A stretch of DNA of 63,400 bases, the filler included, from Welwitschia mirabilis (Eukaryota): assembly GCA_051453625.1 (NCBI GenBank). It is 10 parts of one record of this genome, joined end to end, with 100 filler letters (N's around TTAATTAATTAA, not from the genome) between each part and the next. Parts side by side here need not be neighbours in the genome. Positions count along the whole stretch, not along the records: positions 53,906 to 61,438 come from JBOZIK010000001.1; positions 61,539 to 63,400 come from JBOZIK010000001.1; 8 more parts are not named here. The stretch is one strand, 5' to 3'. Positions 54,552-63,400 of this stretch are shown one piece after another. The first letter of the stretch is position 1. Every line of letters begins with the position of its first letter. A program made the translations under genes and the position numbers. The notes under the pieces are model-generated. The model saw nothing but the letters and a program-made list of their open reading frames with translations, did not search any database and was not told where the DNA came from.

Positions 54552-57500
54552 CTAACTGAATTGCCTAGAGTTTGAATGCATGCCCAATCATCAGAGTCTC
54601 CATCTTCTCCCCAAACCTTTAAAAAAATATGACATACACATCAGTTGATGGGCAATTGGAAATCAAACAAATATTCTTAACATATTTGCCGATTCAAGTT
54701 GAAGCTTTATGGTAGCATGCTAACATTAACCTTTATAGAATTGTCATAGCTTGCAGACACTAAAACATCATATGAAGGGTGCCATTGGACCATTTTGACA
54801 TCCTGTGTGTGACCCTGTAGTACTGAAACACACTCAAATTCGTTCCCTGGTTGCACTTCCCATATCCAAACAGATTTATCACGACCACATGTGGCAAGTA
54901 GGACACCAGATGAACTCCATGAGACACTTTTCACTTCATTTTCGTGACCCTGTAACATTGCAATTACATTATTGGCAATTAAATTACCAGATGAATAAAA
55001 TTCACTGACACAAGCTCACCTCCAAAGCAGCAATGCATTCGAAATCATCACCAACATGTTCCCAAATTGCAGCTGTTGCATCAAAACTTGCAGTTGCAAG
55101 CAACTTCCCATTGGGTGACCATGCGCAAGATCTGACAGTCCTTGTATGGATTTCATCCAGCACAGCCTGTACAACATCAAAGGAAAAGCAGCTAGGAAGA
55201 AAACTCAATAACCAGATGATTCAAATCAATAGCACATGCTATGTTGCTGACCGCATGACCATGTGATTTGCAATTAAATAACCTTGCCTTAAGCAGTGAA
55301 AGACACAGCATCGAGTAAAATGCAAATGCAAAATATATATCCTTTTTACAAAGAGGAAAAAATGACAGTGATAACAGAGATCACTAGTTATCTAGACAGT
55401 AGACATAATGCACAATTCAAATAGGAAACCAACTGGTAAAAATTTGGCAGCAAAACCTAAAGCATGACAATGTTAGTCTAGCCACATGATAGGTTTAACT
55501 CCATCTCAGACAAACAGGACAATAAAATAAATCTTTCCACAAGCAGAAAAGATAAAAAATAAAAATGCCTATGACACAAAAGAAGAGAGTAACCAAGCAA
55601 ATTAGGTAAATGAAAAAGCAAAAAAATACACCTCAGAACTCTCATCTTCTTACAAGGAACCCAACGCATTGTCCTTGACACTCAAATCCTCCTCAATTCT
55701 AGGCTTCTCTGCTAGACATTTCTTAAAAGTTAAAATGAAAGCCCTAGCAAATTGCACTTACCGTAGCCCTTGTCTTTTGATCTAAAATGGTGGCACCTAC
55801 CTGAGGAACCCTTTGAAGGTAACCACTTGCACTTGAAGGCACTGCCTTCAAAATTGAATCAAGAATTCCCTCTAACACAAAGATCACACTATCCTGAAAG
55901 GTCAACATCTTCTGACTTGTTCCTTTGTATAAAGACACTGACATCAGAGCATTCTAGTCATGGAGAGAGCAACAGAATGTTGTGCAGTGAGTCATGACTA
56001 GTCAAATTTCTCATATTTGGTTGTCATGATGCCATTTTAGCTTATCTCTATGCTTTACCTCTTTTTTCCCTTAGTCCAAGCCTTTAAGATGACGACGTCT
56101 GAAGATGTTTTCTAACCATATAACCATGATGATTTATTGATCCTTTTTGTTTTGATCCATGAGGATTAGGGTGTCCATGCGCGGATTACTCCCTCCTAGA
56201 GATCAAGTTAACCAAGTCAGTCTTTGTTTCATATGATTCAAACATTAGATGAACATCGTCTATAATTTAACGTTCATAAATGTACTTTATCAGATTTATG
56301 GTAGATATTAAGACAAAATCTTTTAATGTCATAACATCACCTTTATTTTAAAAAAGTAATGCCCTCCATATGATTAACCCTAACTTATTTTTAATCTCCC
56401 ACCTCTGGTGTAACCTATTCCTCTGTTTTCGACCTAGATATCTCCTACCCCTCATCTACATGCATCTCAACATGATCTGTAATCACGCCTCATAGATGCT
56501 AATGAATGATCCATGTGATCTATCCATTCTAGCAGGTCTTGCACACACAATGCTCACATAATCCTGATCCTGGATGATACCCTTCAAGTTTTGATTTTAA
56601 TGACCAATCATATGGTCCCTGACCTTATGCCTAATAAAACCCTAAAATCTATCTATAATATTTTGCACTTTCAATCAGGCCCTTATCCTAGATAAAGGCA
56701 TTTTTCATGTTAACTATTTTTGACATGACAGAAGCATAAAACACATTAATTCATAATTTTGCATTATTTCATAATATTATATTATCAATTTTTCCCCTCT
56801 GTTCAACATCCCACTATATAAAGTTTGTTGAAAAGGCTCCAATAAGCTATAATAATTTTGGGTCATATGTCATTTCCAAAACTAGATACTTACCTGATCT
56901 TGGTCTGTCTTTTGAACACATAAGACTTCTCTCTAGCCATGTGTTTTCTCTTTTCTTTCAGGATTTGGTGGCGAATTTCTTAACAATAGCCATGTCCTAT
57001 GTAACAAGGTTAGATATGTATGCTGATTTTGACAAGTAAGTTGACTGCAACCAAACAACAAAATTGGAAAACAGTAATCTCCCGCAATTCTGTGAGGTAG
57101 ACCTTTCAGTTCTCTAGATTCCCAGAACTACTATGGTTGTAAATAACAAATGATAGACTCTCTAGTGAAGGATTGAACAACTCCTGCAAGCCTTAGGAAA
57201 CCTCCAAGGGAAACCCAAGGAGACAGACGATGGACAGACCACAGTGTCTTGAATTCTCTATTACCGCACAAGATCAAAATCAGATTTGAAAATTTGACTC
57301 CCATATGATGACTTCAACTAAACACTATGGCACCTTGTGCCCAAACATGATCTAGAACAATGTGACAAAGTCAGTTCTAAATCCTTGACACTACTACCGA
57401 TCACTCTTTTTAAGTCCATTTTAGCCAACTTCATCTCAAGAATGTCATACCAACTTGCAACCACATTGGCCAATGGTTAATTTATCAATTAGGTCCAAAT

Positions 57501-59006
57501 TATTTGAATGCCTTCACATTCTGGCAGTAACAAATTCTGATTTTTAGGAACCAACAAAATGGTAAAGTTGTTCAATGCCAATGTTATTTATTAGCTTAAT
57601 ATCACTCTAAGCTAGGCTAAACCTTCCCCAACTTTCAGCCCTAAAACTGGGCACCACCGTGTCTATTCTTCGTGGTGACACCAATAAAATTAACTTTAGA
57701 ATTAACTTGTTAAACTTCATACATTCAGCCACCCCTTAAGCAAGCCTTGTCCAAAGCAGAGTTAACAACCTACCAGTTGTCAGCAAGCCTGTTCTGTTAC
57801 TGCCTTCTGCAGAGGGTAGACTTCAGTCGACCTGCTCTTCTTGATTCTATAATATGTTACAACTGCAATTTGCTTTTCATGCCTAGATTAAATTGGATAA
57901 ATCTGAATCTGAATTAAATCTAATTTACTAGATGGAAATAGATACATTTAGATTAATCAAAGATAATATGTTTTTCAAATAAAATAGGAAGAGGTTCCCA
58001 ATAACTCTGTCCTGCCAGTCCTTTATGTCTTGCATTGCTTAATTATTTGTCTAATACGTACATTATAGATTACATCTTCTATTGTAAATGGACTTGTCTT
58101 TAATATAATCTCCTACTTTTGGGTCTATAGTGCTTGAGTTTCCACTTTGCATTTATTAGCAGGAGTTTAGAACCGCACTTTTAGAGTCATGGGGTTTTGA
58201 TTGTGTGATTAGTACAGTGGTTTAGCTTCTTTTTTCATCAGGCCAAAATTTATAGACACTAACCTTCATGTACCTCTCCTGGGTGTCAGGCTCCTGTAGC
58301 TATTGTTTTGCTGGCAACGCAACCAATGGGACACTAATGCGTTATGACACTTTTTGGTATTTAAAACAAAATGCTAAAAAAAGAAAGCTAACAAGGAAAC
58401 ATCATTGTAATTAACCAAAAGCAAAAGCAATAGCAATCCGGGAATTCATAATACCATTTTGCAAACGACAGAGAGTAATGTCAAAAGATTAAGGTGGAAA
58501 ACCCCAAGTTCACAACAACAGAAAAAGCAAAGATTCTTAAGAGTAGAAAGTAAGGATATAAATGACTGTGTCCACTGAACAGTTAAACCATGTTTATGAT
58601 TTTGTAAAAATTCCTCCAGTCGTTCCTATAAACATCAAGGATTTCCCTTCAGCATCATCTCTAAAGTGCTAATTAGATCCATTATTCACACAAAATAATA
58701 ACAAAGAGATAATAACATCGAGAGTACGTTGAAAAAAAAAAACAGAAAGCGGGGAAAATAAAATTTGGAGCTAAAACTTAAAGTGGAAGAAACTACTTTG
58801 CAAACCCAGGAAGAATTCGATCGATTAGGTGAAGCAGTACTCTCCCAGATTCTGACAGTCTTATCACCGCTACAAGAGGCCAAGACAGAAGGAGCCCCTT
58901 CGATTCCACTAAGAGGATTCCAAGCGACTGCCCAAACTCTATCAGAATGACCCTCTAATTCCTGAAGCTGAACCAGCTCCATTACTTCATTTTCCCTATT
59001 TGCCAT
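54552..59006 (-). CDS. CIA1: Cytosolic iron-sulfur assembly WD40 protein CIA1/CIAO1, exons 1-4 (3' part not found in window)
   Basis: Exons 59006-58797 ([28 protein letters not shown]), 55166-55020 ([25 protein letters not shown]), 54949-54731 ([39 protein letters not shown]), 54616-54552 ([17 protein letters not shown]). All introns GT-AG, frame open. Start codon could also be 59021 or 58982. Confidence 0.93.
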
Positions 59007-59059
59007 TATTTCCCCCTGCATCCTTCGCCCCGCCCCGACAAAAGAAAGCCCTATTTCTT

Positions 59060-59384
59060 CTGTCAAATATCCAGCGTGAAAGGATAATCATGTAAAAAGC
59101 ATAAAGAGTCCAGATCAAACATGAACGACTAACAGTAAAGAAGTATTATATTTCAGGACTCCATTAAGAGATGAGATGAAGAAAGGGTGAAATCAAAATG
59201 TATGTAATGACGATTGGCAGGCGTATGGCAATTAAATACATCAAGTGGCCAGAGCCGGTAATAGCTTATGAAAAAGCTAGAGATGTAAGACGTTCATCCA
59301 AATACAAGTTCAAACAGATTTTATAAAAATGAATGAACTCAAATATGGACTATAACATTGCAGACCCTCCAGAATGAACGATAC
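59060..59384 (-). other. Possible 5' UTR intron of CIA1
   Basis: Minus-strand donor CAG|GTATC at 59384 and acceptor TTTGACAG| at 59060; motif evidence only. Confidence 0.35.
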
Positions 59385-59889
59385 CTGAAGAACACTGAGC
59401 TCCCACGAAAGATTCTTTTTATTGACAACTAACCCTCCTCCTCATTGGTGTCTCAGTTTTAAAAAACAGCTTTCCCGTACGTTTTCTGTGCCAAAGGGGC
59501 TGCTTCGTAAGTGATGTGACATCACTTTTGTTAGCTTTCAACATGCTGAAAATTCCACAATGAAGGAGCATAAAATTTCCGTAGGGATTTGAGAAGGGAG
59601 CAAAGTTATGTCGTCTTTTCTTTTAAATCGTTATAATTGTACGGTGATTTGAGATATTTTGGGAGAAAAAGCTCACCAATTTTGTTAGAGGGTGAGTGAC
59701 TTCTTTTTTTTTTTTTTAGAGAGCATAGCCGTCTTCTTTTTTCCTTTTTTTTTTTTTTTTTGTTTAGAAACAATATAAAATAAGAATAACAAGTTTAACT
59801 ACCTTTTTTTAAACTATATATTTTCTCTTTTTTAGATTATTATTATTATTATTTACTACTTTGCATTGAAATCTTCTAAGGTTTTAGTG

Positions 59890-60855
59890 GAATGGTCGAA
59901 TGCTATAGAGGATGTTGAATTTGAAACTTTTGTAATGATACCTTTCTTTAGAAATATAACCACCAAAATCACCTAGATAAATAATTTAATTATACACAGA
60001 CCCTCGGAGGATGTCAATCAGGTTACTTAAAGGTCAAAACACATGACCTTCTGAATGGAGGACCCACTAATTAAACTACCATCCTATTGGTAATAATTAA
60101 TCTTTGTGACTTTGAAACAATTCATCTTGTGCGTTCTCATAAAAGCTATGGTATACTTTGATTCTATGGCTCTAAAATTATTTTGATATACCCTATATAT
60201 TAAACTTTTGTTTTTTTAATGAGGTATTTTACTACTCCTCATTAGAATCTTGCAAGTTTCCAATGGAATGGGCAATCATTATAGAAGGAATGTCAGAACT
60301 TGAAACTTTTAGTGCCCATACCTTCCCCAAAGAGTCTAGCTATCACAATCACCCCATACCTTCCCTAAAGAGTCTAGCCATCACGATCACCCAAAGAATG
60401 ATATAATTATGCTTAAAGCCTTATAATGTGTCAAGTTAGGCATGTAAAAGTTAAAACCCATGATCTCCTAAATGGAAGATGGTTGTATTACTAGTTAGAC
60501 TACCACCCCATTGAAGAATGGTAATGTTTCTTTAAACAATTTGGCTTTTGCATTCTCACTAGCCTTTTATTCTCTTTTTGAAAATATATTTTTAAATTTA
60601 TTTTGTTACACTTTTATCTTAATTTTTTATTTTTTCCATGAGGAATAAATCAAGAGAAGAAGTTGAATTAAAAACTTTTAGTAATTGTACCTCATCCTAA
60701 AATTTTAACCCTATAATTACCCAAAAAACAAATAATTTAATTATGTCCAAGGCTTAATAGGAGTTCCAATACCAACCCCAACATCTAAAGATTGAAACCC
60801 ATAATGTCTAATGGGGATGAAAAGTCTCCCACCAGCTAGATTACCATCCCATTAT
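59890..60855 (-). mobile_element. Three diverged head-to-tail copies of a putative tRNA-derived SINE
   Basis: Copies at ~59913-60090, 60293-60512 and 60661-60853. Minus-strand heads have A-box-like (tggtaatctagctggtgg) and B-box-like (gggtttcaatc / gtgttttgacc) motifs; T-rich tracts lie to the left on plus. Confidence 0.6.
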
Positions 60856-62727
60856 CTTTTTTACAAGGTGTCATTAACACTAGTGAGTAGCTTTATAAAT
60901 ACTAATATTTGTTAATATCATTACAATCTTAATAGTGGTTATCAAACGCTATTTACTAATAACTAAGGAATCTTGATTAACCAAAGAAATAATTTGTTCT
61001 ATAAAAATGTTGAGTTACAAATTCATATATGGGGAGACATTGGACCTCAAATAGTAATTTAATATAAACGTTAAAAAAAGTCCAATATATTGTAAGTACA
61101 AGATTACGAAGTGTATGCCAAGGTTGTAGAGGCAGTGCAACTTGGAAGGAAAAATTATGATTGGATAACATGTCATCATAACCACAGATAAATTCTTTAA
61201 AATAATAAAAGAGCTTTAAGCATGCTTTACTACATAATCCTTGAGTGGTATGAAACCACTTCATAGCATTGTTGTCCATGAGCTATAGGCTATGTAAGTC
61301 TTGACATGAAGGTCTACATGAAAAGGATATGTTGTAAAGTAACCAAATTCTAAAGAGGCACCCCATGAAACTCAAAAATGTTCATCTTACTAATGCTATA
61401 ATAGATGGAGGAGAAAATTAATGTCCAACCAAAATTTTNNNNNNNNNNNNNNNNNNNNNNNNNNNNNNNNNNNNNNNNNNNNTTAATTAATTAANNNNNN
61501 NNNNNNNNNNNNNNNNNNNNNNNNNNNNNNNNNNNNNNGTCATACATGTTAATGTCACTTTTACACAAGTCTATTTAACTTATTATTGATCAGTCTTATT
61601 AAGTAAAAGAGATTTTCTTATCTTGTGAGTAAAATGATGTAGATGGTTTTTAACTATTTATATCAAGGATATTTTGTATACCAACTATCTATAAATATAT
61701 CCCTCTCCCTTATTCTCAAACTAGTATTCTTGAAGTAAGTTTATGCTACCAAATTTTCTTCTCAATATTTCTTTCTTTTAGGTATGGAGTTGGAGCTTGA
61801 AGCTTGGATCTTGGAATCTTGGAGATAGGATCTTGGATCTTAGCACTTCCTCAATCTTCTTTANNNNNNNNNNNNNNNNNNNNNNNNNNNNNNNNNNNNN
61901 NNNNNNNNNNNNNNNNNNNNNNNNNNNNNNNNNNNNNNNNNNNNNNNNNNNNNNNNNNNNNNNNNNNNNNNNNNNNNNNNNNNNNNNNNNAAATATTTGA
62001 GGGATTTATTTACATGCTTAGTTAATATATTTACTAATGGTTATACATACTTACGTACACACACACACATATATATATATATATTCTTCGCTCCTATTAG
62101 CGTAGACTAAGATAAGGGAGAGAGTTGAGGAATCTCTTAACATGCTTAGCTTCTATGTGTTTAATGGATATCTTGGCCAAGTAACTAGAAGGTTTACTAT
62201 GTTTTTGAGTACCCATATTGTGTTTTATTTTATTATTGGTTAAATGCATTTTTCATCATATTTGCATTAGAGTCTTATTAGGGTAAACGAGTCTAATCCT
62301 CAAGAATCTATTTAGGTTAGGCACTCCTTCTAAAAAAAATCCTAATGCTCATGGGATTGATGTATTACTTNNNNNNNNNNNNNNNNNNNNNNNNNNNNNN
62401 NNNNNNNNNNNNNNNNNNNNNNNNNNNNNNNNNNNNNNNNNNNNNNNNNNNNNNNNNNNNNNNNNNNNNNATTTTTCATCATATTTGCATTAGAGTCTTA
62501 TTAGGGTGAACGAGTCTAACCCTCAAGAATCTATTTAGGTTAGGCACTCCTTCTCAAAAAAATCCTAAGGCTCATGGGATTGATGTATTAATTATTATAA
62601 GTTTATATTTATTTATAATACATATTTATATTCATTAATTGATTTTATTTCAATAAAGTAATATGATTTCTCTTGTGCTTAGTTTACTTAAACTTTACCA
62701 TTTATTCTTTTTAAGTTAAGTAACTTA

Positions 62728-63385
62728 AGAAAGTTATAACTCATTTAATACTAAGTAAACTTTTATAAAAATTTTTGTGTAGATCTATAATTATGTTATA
62801 AAGTTAAAAGTTTTAAAGCATTAAGTTTTCTAAGGCTAAATTAATTTTTAAATTTATTTTATAAAAATATCTCAGAATTTATAAGCAAAAAATAGTAAGC
62901 AAAAAGTTTCTATTTTCTACTTTTATAGAGCATTGTAGGTAAAGATAGCATTATCCAACTTGTATAGATTTGAATAATATTTTCAAAAAGTATTTACTCT
63001 TTATAAANNNNNNNNNNNNNNNNNNNNNNNNNNNNNNNNNNNNNNNNNNNNNNNNNNNNNNNNNNNNNNNNNNNNNNNNNNNNNNNNNNNNNNNNNNNNN
63101 NNNNNNNTTAAGAAAGTTATAAATCATTTAATACAAATTAAACTTTTATGAAAATTTTTGTGTAGATCTATAATTATGGTATAAATTTAAAATTTTAAAG
63201 CATTAATTTTTCTAAGGCTAAATTAATTTTTAAATTTATTTTATAAAAATATCTCAGAATTTATAAGCAAAAACAGCAAGCAAAAAGTTTCTATTTTCTA
63301 TTTTTATAGAGCATTGTAGGTAAAGATAGAGTTAGCCAACTTGTATAAATTTGAATAATATTTTCAAAAAGTATTTACTCTTTAA
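62728..63385. repeat. ~280 bp AT-rich direct repeat either side of a gap
   Basis: 62728-63007 closely matches 63108-63385; likewise 62248-62368 matches 62471-62590. Confidence 0.7.
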
Positions 63386-63400
63386 AAAATTCCAAGTATA

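Overview
AT-rich, repeat-dense plant nuclear DNA from a gapped draft assembly (N runs, many with an artificial TTAATTAATTAA spacer). Most of the window is decayed LTR retrotransposons: two Copia remnants, two Sirevirus-like Copia elements, two tandem Gypsy arrays with shared LTRs, and one Tat-like gag-protease element. Host-gene content: the first four coding exons of CIA1 (WD40 cytosolic Fe-S assembly protein, minus strand, open frame), an epsilon-type 14-3-3 pseudogene, an LRR-XII (EFR/Xa21-like, non-RD) receptor kinase pseudogene, and two copies of a 5' fragment of a vacuolar H+-pyrophosphatase. The most notable structure is a three-level nest. The intron-containing kinase segment is inserted inside the 5' LTR of a Sirevirus, which is itself inserted into a three-LTR Gypsy dimer. 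I see no solid evidence for a wholly new biological system; the best candidates are transposon-mediated gene capture events. All alignments and translations were done by eye.
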